A stretch of DNA of 64,000 nucleotides, from the IMG/VR virus record IMGVR_UViG_3300047560_001345. One strand, written 5' to 3'. The translations under genes were made by a program, and so were the position numbers. Position 1 is the first letter of the stretch. Each line of letters starts with the position of its first letter. The notes under the pieces were generated by a model, which made no database searches, had not been told where the DNA came from, and saw only the letters and a list, made by a program, of their open reading frames with translations. The stretch comes from a virus. This document shows positions 16,585 to 24,848 of the stretch, one piece after another.

Positions 16585-16952
16585 AACCATTCAACTTAGA
16601 AGCCGCGTTGCGCGGTGAGAAGGTAGTCACCCGAGATGGCCGTGAGGTCACGCAGTTGGTGAAGTTTAAAGGGACGCATAGATCGCAGGAATTGTTTGGT
16701 GTGGTAGATGGGGTTGCTATCCCCTGCAGTTGGTATGAGGACGGAGTCCATATTGCCATCCTTAATCCTAGTGAATTTGATCTCTTCATGTACGAAGAAC
16801 CCGAACTCGCTATATGGAAGCCAAGCGCCTGTTGTAGCTTTAGGTGGCTAGAGACACAAGAGACTTTCCCGAGGCGCGTCCTGCAGCAGTTATACGTGAA
16901 CAAGCTGAAACCCGAGTATGAATGGCGCGCTGTGCCGGTAGTGGAGGAGTAA
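16581..16952 (+). CDS. Hypothetical protein
   Basis: SD AGGAGG then ATG 16581. Confidence 0.45.
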   Translation: MKPFNLEAALRGEKVVTRDGREVTQLVKFKGTHRSQELFGVVDGVAIPCSWYEDGVHIAILNPSEFDLFMYEEPELAIWKPSACCSFRWLETQETFPRRVLQQLYVNKLKPEYEWRAVPVVEE

Positions 16953-16954
16953 AG

Positions 16955-17128
16955 ATGAGTGAAGAGAATGGTTGGGAGCCAACAATGGAACTGCGGTTTA
17001 TGGACAGATACGTGGGTTTAACCCTAACGAAGCTACTCCAACAAAAGTGGGTCTCAGGAAAGGGAACCGCTAACAATCCATTCAAAGTGGAGTGGCGCAA
17101 CGCGCTAACATATACGGAGGAGAGATGA
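16955..17128 (+). CDS. Hypothetical 57-aa protein (PTMELRF...LLQQKW...EWRN)
   Basis: Paralogue of 18624..18830. Confidence 0.35.
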   Translation: MSEENGWEPTMELRFMDRYVGLTLTKLLQQKWVSGKGTANNPFKVEWRNALTYTEER

Positions 17129-17364
17129 GCGAAGAGCCCGTAATATATGCCTTAAACGAAGGCTGGCGATACAAATGCAGTGGGTATGTTGTACTGAGTG
17201 GGAGCATCCATGATGGGTACGATTGTTACGGCCCATTCCCAGACGCAGTCAAAGCATTTGATTTTGTAGAAGAGCATAAGAGAACATGGGGAGGGCACAT
17301 GGTTACCGTAAGTTTGATAGATCCTAAACTTGAATGGGTCCGGGGGAAGGATGACTCGCTCTAA
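17125..17364 (+). CDS. Hypothetical protein
   Basis: SD GGAGGAGAG then ATG. Confidence 0.4.
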   Translation: MSEEPVIYALNEGWRYKCSGYVVLSGSIHDGYDCYGPFPDAVKAFDFVEEHKRTWGGHMVTVSLIDPKLEWVRGKDDSL

Positions 17365-17575
17365 GTATGCAGAAGGTAACTACCTCATCATCGGGTTCGA
17401 CCCGATGGGTACCAAACTCTGGACTCGGCTGGCTAAAGCACAAACTCATCTGGGTGCTATCGATGAAGGTGAAGTTGCGTTAACAGGGCTCGAGTGCGCC
17501 AGCTACGTCACCCTCCGGGTGCAGCACAACAGCAAGACACAAGAACAACAAGCATGGGAGGCGAAACATGGATAG
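17351..17575 (+). CDS. Hypothetical protein
   Basis: Start adjusted. Confidence 0.35.
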   Translation: MTRSKYAEGNYLIIGFDPMGTKLWTRLAKAQTHLGAIDEGEVALTGLECASYVTLRVQHNSKTQEQQAWEAKHG

Positions 17576-17798
17576 CTTTGAAGCGAAGATGTTTCTGGTG
17601 TTTGTGGTAACCACTGTGCTCATCATCGGTGGTGGGCTATACCTCGCGGCGTTGAGTGCTGAGTACGAAGCTATCTGGGCGGCGAAGTGCGAACAAGCCG
17701 GAGGCGTACCGAGTAAGTACAGCACGATGGTAGGCAAGACTTCCCACAGCGAACGGCTGTGCATTAAGAAAGAGAATGTTGTGGAGGTAGGACAATGA
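17568..17798 (+). CDS. Small membrane protein
   Basis: TM MFLVFVVTTVLIIGGGLYLAAL. Confidence 0.4.
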   Translation: MDSFEAKMFLVFVVTTVLIIGGGLYLAALSAEYEAIWAAKCEQAGGVPSKYSTMVGKTSHSERLCIKKENVVEVGQ

Positions 17799-18364
17799 TT
17801 ATTTTTGCATGGCTTATCAGCACCCTGCTGTGGGTTGGTGTATGGATTCCTTTCTATCTGTTGGGTTTCCTCGTGACATGGCTTGGCCTTGTCGGTAAGA
17901 GCCGAAGTGCAGAACACATGCGGTTCCCTTGGTGGTTCTGGGACAGCAATGCCGGGATCAACGGGACGATTGATTACATGAATCTGAATTGGGTTGGCAT
18001 CTGCAATCCGTGGGTTATGAGTAGTCCTGATCCTATAGCTACGGCGAAGAGCGTGGTCAATTCACAGAAGGGCAACGAAAGAACTTTCGCTAGAAGGTGG
18101 CAGTGGGTCACATGGCGTAACCCGGTAACGAACGTCAGCCGATGGCTGATTGGTTGTGGTGAGAAGAAGTTCAACCGCAGAGTGTGGACGTTTGGAAAGC
18201 TCAAGATTGAGCGCCTGTCTTCATTCCCTTGGTGGTCCTACTCATTCTCTTTCTACTGGACAGATAAGCACTACTCGTTCTATCGCTTTGGTTGGAAGCT
18301 CGATGATGTGCAACAGGGCCGATCCTGCTTTATGTATCGGATCACTCCGTGGAGGAGCGTGTGA
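17795..18364 (+). CDS. Trp-rich membrane protein
   Basis: Two N-terminal TM segments; FPWWFWDSNAGINGTIDYMNLNWVG. Confidence 0.45.
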   Translation: MIIFAWLISTLLWVGVWIPFYLLGFLVTWLGLVGKSRSAEHMRFPWWFWDSNAGINGTIDYMNLNWVGICNPWVMSSPDPIATAKSVVNSQKGNERTFARRWQWVTWRNPVTNVSRWLIGCGEKKFNRRVWTFGKLKIERLSSFPWWSYSFSFYWTDKHYSFYRFGWKLDDVQQGRSCFMYRITPWRSV

Positions 18365-18627
18365 ACGAAGCACCGAAGAAGATATGGCTTCAAACAGGAT
18401 GCGAGGACGCTGGATGCAATGGCGAATGCTCATTTTCTGAGCTTGGAGAAGTTACTTGGTGTGAAGACCAGATTCACAAAGACGATATCGCCTACATCCG
18501 CGCAGACCTATTGGATGGGTTGGTTGAGGCGTTGGAGGGATTGCTGTCCTGTCAGGATGATCCTGTTGAAATTATGGAAAAAGTTATAACGGCAAAAACC
18601 GCGCTGAAAGCGTTGGAGGAAAAGTGA
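18361..18627 (+). CDS. Hypothetical protein (GTG start after SD GGAGGAG)
   Basis: Track ORF 18349..18627. Confidence 0.35.
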   Translation: MNEAPKKIWLQTGCEDAGCNGECSFSELGEVTWCEDQIHKDDIAYIRADLLDGLVEALEGLLSCQDDPVEIMEKVITAKTALKALEEK

Positions 18628-18830
18628 TGGAAAACAACATCGACATAACAGCCGGAGCCACGATCTTTCGAGGCAAGATATTTCAGCCGACCATGATGCT
18701 CAGGTTCGTTAAGCGATCGGTTTCGATAGATGAGCATACCGCGACCAAAGTGCGAGTTCTGCAACAGTTATGGGCTGACATAAATTCAAAAGAAACCGAA
18801 TGGCGGGATGTTCCGCTGGGGGAAAAGTGA
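18624..18830 (+). CDS. Hypothetical protein (PTMMLRF...LQQLW...EWRD)
   Basis: Paralogue of 16955..17128. Confidence 0.35.
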   Translation: MMENNIDITAGATIFRGKIFQPTMMLRFVKRSVSIDEHTATKVRVLQQLWADINSKETEWRDVPLGEK

Positions 18831-19153
18831 CCGACAAAGAACTCCTAGAACTTGCGGCGAAAGCGGCGGGGATTGAACTTGAATTTGTTGACGCTGAAGG
18901 AACTTATTGGCTAGGCAATGAAGTGCCTTGGAACCCCCTAACCGACGATGGTGACGCTTTGCGCCTTGCTGTGAAGTTGAGGTTGGATGTAATGACAGAC
19001 TGCCCTAATTCGGTTTGCATTGAAGTTCCGATAGGCAAAAAAGATAACTGGATTACAGAAAACACAGGTGATGACTCTTTTGAAAACGTCCTCATTGCAA
19101 CCCGTAGAGCCATCGTTAGAGCCGCCGCTGAGATTGGCAGGGGGATGGAATGA
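18827..19153 (+). CDS. Hypothetical protein (GTG start)
   Basis: GTGA overlap. Confidence 0.35.
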   Translation: MTDKELLELAAKAAGIELEFVDAEGTYWLGNEVPWNPLTDDGDALRLAVKLRLDVMTDCPNSVCIEVPIGKKDNWITENTGDDSFENVLIATRRAIVRAAAEIGRGME

Positions 19154-19266
19154 GTAAAGAAGTTCTTGAGGATCTCAAAACTGGTTTAGCTGTGCTTGCG
19201 TTTATTGTTTTAGTTGGCTTGGCGCTTATTTTTGTATTGTGGGTTGGAAAACAGGTGTTGTTATGA
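19150..19266 (+). CDS. 38-aa single-TM peptide
   Basis: ATGA overlaps at both ends; LAVLAFIVLVGLALIFVLWV. Confidence 0.3.
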   Translation: MSKEVLEDLKTGLAVLAFIVLVGLALIFVLWVGKQVLL

Positions 19267-19517
19267 GCGAAACAAAATTCACGCCGGGGCCTTGGAAAAT
19301 TGGGGCTTACGAAAGCGGACGAATGGCTGTTGATGGAGCAAACGGAGAAGAGGTCACAGGCTACATTGATATCGAAGACGCCCACCTAATCGCCGCCGCG
19401 CCTGATCTCTATTGGATTCTTCATCAGATAGCGACTGACATTGAAGCGCAAGGCGTTTTAATTGAATGGCATCAGGCCGCTTTAGACGCCCTAGCCAAAG
19501 CCAGAGGTGAGCCATGA
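19263..19517 (+). CDS. Hypothetical protein
   Basis: Track ORF 19239..19517 trimmed. Confidence 0.4.
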   Translation: MSETKFTPGPWKIGAYESGRMAVDGANGEEVTGYIDIEDAHLIAAAPDLYWILHQIATDIEAQGVLIEWHQAALDALAKARGEP

Positions 19518-19909
19518 GTACCGCAAACGAATTGCTGAGGGAGGCAATGGGCGCAATGCGATGGGCTAATGTATGTGTTGGCCCTAATGAGTTATGCGAT
19601 GACATTGAAAATTTCCTCGCCGCCAAGCCAGAAGCAAAGCCAAAAACATGGCAAGGGCTGAAAATGCACGAAGTTGCTTCGTTATGGAGCGAAGCATTAG
19701 ACCCTGCTTATTTTGCTAGAGCTATAGAGCAAGCACTGAAAGAAAAGAACACCAGACCCGAGCCAGCAAGAAAGCCGATGACAAGTGAGGAAATGGAGAA
19801 GCAGTACGAGATAGATAAAGAGTATTTCGGGGAGTCAGTTATGCGGGCTTTTTATAACGGCGTCCGTTTCGCAGAAAAACACCACGGGATAGGAGGGGAT
19901 GATGAATGA
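19514..19909 (+). CDS. Hypothetical protein
   Basis: Contains AIEQALKEKNT. Confidence 0.4.
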   Translation: MSTANELLREAMGAMRWANVCVGPNELCDDIENFLAAKPEAKPKTWQGLKMHEVASLWSEALDPAYFARAIEQALKEKNTRPEPARKPMTSEEMEKQYEIDKEYFGESVMRAFYNGVRFAEKHHGIGGDDE

Positions 19910-20129
19910 CAAACCAATAGCATGGATGATCCCCGGAGCCGTTACCTTGGATGCTTCACTGGCGAAAGCTAATGGAAATGATGTGATTCCCCTTTACAAA
20001 AAGGCCGAGTGGCAAGGGCTGACGGACGAGGAACGGGATGAAGTATCTAAGGATTACGGACCCCTGAGCGGAGGAGAGTGGACCCTGATGCTACTCGTGG
20101 AGCAAGCCCTAAAGGAGAAGAACACATGA
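19899..20129 (+). CDS. Hypothetical protein
   Basis: Ends VEQALKEKNT. Confidence 0.35.
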   Translation: MMNDKPIAWMIPGAVTLDASLAKANGNDVIPLYKKAEWQGLTDEERDEVSKDYGPLSGGEWTLMLLVEQALKEKNT

Positions 20130-20464
20130 CAGGCTATGCCTACACAAAGAAGGAGGATGACATTCTTAGAGAGTGGTACCCCAAGGAAGGGCTCCCCGGC
20201 GCGATGGTGAAACTGCAGTTGGCAGGGTATTCAAGAACGAGCAATTCGATCAGGCGTAGGGTAAGCATACTGGGGTTGAAGTCTCCCTATTGCAGTGCCA
20301 ACTTTGGCCCCGGACCCTATACACCAGACCCTAAGTTTGAGATGGCATACACCAAAGCCTGTTCGCTAATTAATGATGGAGTAAAAGTTGCCGATGCTTT
20401 AAGGACTGCCGGTATCGAACGGAGCCGGTATTACAGGACTAGGAAAGTGAGGGAGGGAAAATGA
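20126..20464 (+). CDS. Hypothetical protein with a possible C-terminal HTH
   Basis: ATGA overlap; ADALRTAGIERSRYYRTRK. Confidence 0.4.
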   Translation: MTGYAYTKKEDDILREWYPKEGLPGAMVKLQLAGYSRTSNSIRRRVSILGLKSPYCSANFGPGPYTPDPKFEMAYTKACSLINDGVKVADALRTAGIERSRYYRTRKVREGK

Positions 20465-20631
20465 ACGCACCAAGAACAATCTGGGTTGACCCGGGGTTGG
20501 CCGAGGATCTGGAAGAGAAGTCCGAATTCATCGAGGAAGTGCAATATATCCGAGCCGACGTGGTCGATCAAATGATCGATGATTTGCATCTGGAGTACAA
20601 AGAGCAGATGACTCTTATGGAGGAAGAATGA
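20461..20631 (+). CDS. Hypothetical 56-aa acidic protein (below track cutoff)
   Basis: ATGA overlaps at both ends. Confidence 0.3.
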   Translation: MNAPRTIWVDPGLAEDLEEKSEFIEEVQYIRADVVDQMIDDLHLEYKEQMTLMEEE

Positions 20632-20825
20632 CTAAGGAAGAATGGAAACAGACAAATGTCTATCGTAATGGGCTATTCCACTACAAACTCGGAAAACTCT
20701 TGATGAAGCCAACATCTCGCATGAGCGCGTTCGTGACTCTAGGTAAAGAGTTCAATATGGACCCACAAGTGATTTTCAAAATCATCGACGAACGTGCGGA
20801 GACAGAACATGGCCAAGACTCCTGA
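20628..20825 (+). CDS. Hypothetical protein
   Basis: Track ORF. Confidence 0.4.
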   Translation: MTKEEWKQTNVYRNGLFHYKLGKLLMKPTSRMSAFVTLGKEFNMDPQVIFKIIDERAETEHGQDS

Positions 20826-21126
20826 AGGCGCCGTCAAGGCGGATGTTAAGAAGACCCTTGAAGAATACGGGGTTTGGTTCTTCATGCCTGCAACGCATGG
20901 CTACGGTCGGTCAGGAGTGCCAGATTTTATTTGCTGCTTCCTTGGGTTCCTAATTGCCATCGAAACGAAGGCAGGGGATAATGCGCCTACCTTGCTTCAA
21001 CAGCGAGAGATACGACGAATCAAGGATGCAGGTGGATATGCGCTCACGATCAATGAGGCCAATCTGTCTGACCTCCGGCAACTCTTGAACGAGATCCAAT
21101 CCGATGCCAGACATCATCACAGTTGA
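20809..21126 (+). CDS. VRR-NUC domain nuclease (PD-(D/E)XK fold)
   Basis: GVPDFICCFLGFLIAIETKAG...LLQQREIRRIKDAGGYALTI matches the VRR-NUC pattern GxPD...ExK...Q. Confidence 0.6.
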   Translation: MAKTPEGAVKADVKKTLEEYGVWFFMPATHGYGRSGVPDFICCFLGFLIAIETKAGDNAPTLLQQREIRRIKDAGGYALTINEANLSDLRQLLNEIQSDARHHHS

Positions 21127-22951
21127 TTTTGAAACTTTCTATGATAAGGACTATTCACTCTCGAAGATGTCCACAGAAGCCTATGTGAACGATCCCCGGT
21201 ACGAAACGATCGGGGTAGGCGTCAAGGTCAATGACGGTGAAACAACCACATTTACTGGTCCTCGCAATCAGACGGCTGCCTTCCTTGCCCAGTATGACTG
21301 GGAAAATTCGTGGGCGCTGGCGCACAACGCGCTGTTCGATGCCACGATTCTGGCATACCGCTTCAATATTCACCCCAAGCTTTTGCTGGACACGCTATCG
21401 ATGGCCCGGGCCATTCACGGCACTGAGGTCGGCGGGTCTCTGGCTAAGCTGTCCAACTTCTACGGTGTCGGTGAAAAAGGTACCGAGGTGATGAATGCGC
21501 TGGGTAAGCGCAGGCTGCAGTTCCGCCGGGAAGAGATAGAAGCCTATATGCTCTACTGCGCCAATGACGTGGATCTCACTTATGAGATATTTAAACGCAT
21601 GGCCCCCTGCTTTAATAAGTCGGAGATTAAATTAATCGACATGACTTTAAGGATGCACACGCAGCCGCGTATGTATCTGGACCCCTTCGTCCTGAAAGAT
21701 CACCTCCACGAGGTTAAGGAGAAGAAGGAAGAGCTGATGGCCCGGGTGACAGCCGACAAGTCAGAACTCATGTCCAACCCGAAGTTTGCCGAGGCGCTGC
21801 TTAACCTTGGGGTGGAGCCGCCGATGAAGGTGAGTGCCCGCACTGGGAAAGAGACCTTTGCCTTTGCCAAGTCAGATGAAGGGATGAAAGCCCTGCTCGA
21901 CCATGAAGACCCCAATGTGCAAGCACTGGTGGCGGCGCGGCTGGGTGTGAAATCTACACTGGAAGAGACCCGCACCGAGCGGTTCATCGATCTCTCTGAA
22001 AGGTTCGGTAAGTTGCCTGTCCCGCTGAAATACTATGGTGCTATGACCGGGCGCTGGGCGGCCACAGACAAGACCAATCTTCAGAACCTCCCACGAGGAT
22101 CTAAGCTCAAGGAAGCCATCATTGCCCCTGAAGGTTGGAAGATTGTAGGCGCCGACTTATCCAACATCGAGCTGCGGGTGGGTCTCTACTTTGCCGGCCA
22201 GATGGATAAACTGAAGCTCTTGGCTGATGGCGTTGACCTCTATAAAGACTTTGCCTCAGACGTGTTTGGTGTCGACTACGATGATGTCGATGATGACCAG
22301 CGGTTCATTGGTAAGACCTCACAGCTCTCACTGATTTATGGCACGGGCCACAAAAAGCTTCGCAACCAGATCAAACTGATGTCCGGTAAGGATATTGGTG
22401 AGAAGGAAGCCAAGCGTATTGTGGACTTCTACCGTAGCGACTATACCAAAGTCGTTGAGTCGTGGAGCCATGGTGAGACTGCCCTGCGGGCGATCCTCAA
22501 CAACATGGCGTACATGTTCGGGGTGCACCCCAAGCTTGAGGTAATGGGTAAAGCAGGGATTCAGTTACCCTCCGAGATGTTCCTGCAATATCCTGACCTG
22601 CAGTTAGGCACTAACGAGGCCGGGAAGAAAGAATGGACCTACGCGCAGCGTAAGGAACGCATCAAGATCCACGGGCCCAAGTGCTATCAGAATGCCATTC
22701 AAGCATTGGCGCGGTGTGTGATGGGTGAGTCCATGGTGCGAGTCCATAAGCGCATTCCGGTAGCCCTGACTATCCATGACGCGCTCTACTGTGTGGTGCC
22801 GGATCAGATCGTGAATAAGGTCGCTAAGTTCATCATCGAGGAATTAAAAAGAGAGCCTGAGTGGGCGCCGGGCTTACCCCTTGACGCAGAGATCGGAGCC
22901 GGTCAGAGTCTCGCTTTCAAGATGAAAAAGCTGGAGGCTTTCTTAGGATGA
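21104..22951 (+). CDS. Family A DNA polymerase (3'-5' exo + pol; no 5'-3' exo domain)
   Basis: Exo I DFETFY, Exo II LAHNALFDATIL, Exo III YCANDVDLTYEIF. Motif A ADLSNIELRVG, motif B KTSQLSLIYG, motif C LTIHDALYC. Confidence 0.9.
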   Translation: MPDIITVDFETFYDKDYSLSKMSTEAYVNDPRYETIGVGVKVNDGETTTFTGPRNQTAAFLAQYDWENSWALAHNALFDATILAYRFNIHPKLLLDTLSMARAIHGTEVGGSLAKLSNFYGVGEKGTEVMNALGKRRLQFRREEIEAYMLYCANDVDLTYEIFKRMAPCFNKSEIKLIDMTLRMHTQPRMYLDPFVLKDHLHEVKEKKEELMARVTADKSELMSNPKFAEALLNLGVEPPMKVSARTGKETFAFAKSDEGMKALLDHEDPNVQALVAARLGVKSTLEETRTERFIDLSERFGKLPVPLKYYGAMTGRWAATDKTNLQNLPRGSKLKEAIIAPEGWKIVGADLSNIELRVGLYFAGQMDKLKLLADGVDLYKDFASDVFGVDYDDVDDDQRFIGKTSQLSLIYGTGHKKLRNQIKLMSGKDIGEKEAKRIVDFYRSDYTKVVESWSHGETALRAILNNMAYMFGVHPKLEVMGKAGIQLPSEMFLQYPDLQLGTNEAGKKEWTYAQRKERIKIHGPKCYQNAIQALARCVMGESMVRVHKRIPVALTIHDALYCVVPDQIVNKVAKFIIEELKREPEWAPGLPLDAEIGAGQSLAFKMKKLEAFLG

Positions 22952-23421
22952 AACCTCTCGATTACGAAGCATTAGGCCTTATCATCGACCCGGAAAAAGG
23001 AACGATTCATAGGCTAATAGAGTGCGGAGGCCGCGCTAAAGACAACGGCTATGTGCATATAAAGCTTAATGGCCGAACCTATTGCGCGCATCGTGTAATT
23101 TGGGAATATAAATTTGGCCCAATCCCACATGGAATGCAAATAGACCATATAAACGGAGTGCGAAACGATAATAGGATAGAGAATCTTAGGCTAGCAACCC
23201 ATGCGCAAAATGCACAGAACAGAAAGCTACGCACTGATAACACATCGGGGCATGTCGGTGTCACTTACAAAAAGCAAAGCCGTCGATGGGAAGCAAGAAT
23301 AGATGTCGATGGAGAGCGCATAGTACTGGGTTTCTTTCTGACTAAAGAAGAAGCGATACAGGCTAGAATTGCAGCTAAAGCTAAACTGCACTCATTTAAC
23401 CCTGTGGAGCGTAACAAATGA
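22948..23421 (+). CDS. HNH-AP2 homing endonuclease
   Basis: HRVIWEYKFGPIPHGMQIDHINGVRNDNRIENLR plus an AP2-like C-terminus. ATGA overlap with the pol stop. Confidence 0.8.
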   Translation: MKPLDYEALGLIIDPEKGTIHRLIECGGRAKDNGYVHIKLNGRTYCAHRVIWEYKFGPIPHGMQIDHINGVRNDNRIENLRLATHAQNAQNRKLRTDNTSGHVGVTYKKQSRRWEARIDVDGERIVLGFFLTKEEAIQARIAAKAKLHSFNPVERNK

Positions 23422-24086
23422 AAATTCCAGCTTGGAGCTTTAGCTCTCTGAAATTGTTTGAAACGTGCCCAAGAAAGTACCAAGCAGAAAAAGTAACGAA
23501 AGAGGTAGCTTATACCCAAAACGAGGCGGCGCTTTACGGAGAGCAGCTACACAAAGCGGCTGAAGATTACATCAAGGACGATACACCGATCGATCCGCGG
23601 TTTGCTTTCATCCAGCCCTATCTGGATGCGCTAAAGAAGAAACCCGGCATCAAGCATTGCGAGTTGAAATTGGGAGTCAAGCGGTCAAATGGCCGCTTGG
23701 TTGCGTGTGACTTCTTTGATCCAGATGTCTGGTTCAGAGGGGTCGCTGACCTCGTCATCATCAACGGGGATACGGCACTGGTCACCGACTATAAGACCAA
23801 CAAGAATTCCAAGTATGCGGATATGCGGCAGCTCAAACTCATGGCGGCCGCGCTCTTTTTGAAGTTCCCCCAGCTCAAGAAAATCAAGACTTCACTGATC
23901 TTTGTGGTCTGCAAAGACTTCATCAAAGACAAGGTCGAGCGGGAGTTTGGGTTGGATGTCTTCGCTGATCTGAATGAACTCCTGACCGCCCGAGAGGTCG
24001 CATACAAGACCAATGTTTGGAACCCTAAGAAGAATGGTTTGTGCCGTAACTGGTGTGACGTGAAGGGGTGCCCACACAATGGATGA
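23418..24086 (+). CDS. Cas4/RecB-like PD-(D/E)XK exonuclease with Fe-S-type Cys cluster
   Basis: N-terminal CPRKYQ; core GVADLVIINGDTALVTDYKT; C-terminal CRNWCDVKGCPH. Confidence 0.65.
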   Translation: MKIPAWSFSSLKLFETCPRKYQAEKVTKEVAYTQNEAALYGEQLHKAAEDYIKDDTPIDPRFAFIQPYLDALKKKPGIKHCELKLGVKRSNGRLVACDFFDPDVWFRGVADLVIINGDTALVTDYKTNKNSKYADMRQLKLMAAALFLKFPQLKKIKTSLIFVVCKDFIKDKVEREFGLDVFADLNELLTAREVAYKTNVWNPKKNGLCRNWCDVKGCPHNG

Positions 24087-24333
24087 GCCTATGAAGATTG
24101 ATGGCTTCGATGCTGCTATCATTGGCACAACCGATACATGGTTGCCTACCCCGAAGATTGTCTATGACGGCCAGAAGATTCTTGATATCCTCATGAATCA
24201 GGGTTTGACAGACATTGAGGCCCTTGAGTACTGCGCTTACAACATTGAGGGCGCATATGTGGGTGAAGGCACGCCTTTGATCGTTTGGCCTTATGAGGAA
24301 GAAGACGATGCCGACACCGAAAGAGAAGCGTAA
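24079..24333 (+). CDS. Hypothetical acidic protein
   Basis: Track ORF. Confidence 0.4.
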   Translation: MDEPMKIDGFDAAIIGTTDTWLPTPKIVYDGQKILDILMNQGLTDIEALEYCAYNIEGAYVGEGTPLIVWPYEEEDDADTEREA

Positions 24334-24580
24334 CTACACCCATGAGCGGGCCCTTGAGAAAAAGAAGCCCGGAGCTTTTGAAGCCCGCATGGAGCGTCAG
24401 CGCGCAAGGCGTGCGCTAGATAAGAAAGGTGTCGACCGTACAGGTAAGGATGTTTCTCATGTGAAGGCCCTTGCCCGGGGCGGTTCTAATTCAGACGGTG
24501 TGAAACTGGAAAGCCCGAAGAAGAATAGGACGTTCGCTCGATTGTCGAACGGCAAACCCAAAAACAAATACAGCAAATGA
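24293..24580 (+). CDS. Small basic protein with a minimal HNH-like motif
   Basis: GKDVSHVKALARGGSNSDGVKLESPKKNR shows H...N...N spacing. Confidence 0.35.
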   Translation: MRKKTMPTPKEKRNYTHERALEKKKPGAFEARMERQRARRALDKKGVDRTGKDVSHVKALARGGSNSDGVKLESPKKNRTFARLSNGKPKNKYSK

Positions 24581-24801
24581 TCCTCAAGACCAGAGCAATC
24601 AAGGACATCAGCCGCGAGTGCGGATTCCCTGAGCATATCATCGATCAGTACATGGATGAGATCACTCAACTTGTCTGGCGAATTGCCAAGAAGGAACGTA
24701 ACTTCTGTCGGACCAAGATCCGCGGCTGGGTATTTAACACTGACATTGGCAAGCCTTCCGTATTGGAAGTACTGAAAGACGAAGATCACGAGCTGCTTTA
24801 A
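24577..24801 (+). CDS. Hypothetical protein
   Basis: Track ORF. Confidence 0.4.
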   Translation: MILKTRAIKDISRECGFPEHIIDQYMDEITQLVWRIAKKERNFCRTKIRGWVFNTDIGKPSVLEVLKDEDHELL

Positions 24802-24848
24802 GCTCGATGGAAGTCGCGCCCCCTAAGGGCGCAGCAACAGGAGAACAT

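Noticed and set aside
17385-17415. tRNA T-arm-like hairpin CATCGGGTTCGACCCGATG
   Set aside because: It lies inside a coding frame (IIGFDPMG). No acceptor, D or anticodon arms could be built around it, and no other tRNA-like sequence was found by eye.
24812-24830. Hairpin GCGCCC-cctaa-GGGCGC upstream of the helicase start
   Set aside because: No downstream T-run, so it is not a terminator. It lies inside the longer track ORF and may just be 5'-UTR structure. Too weak to call.
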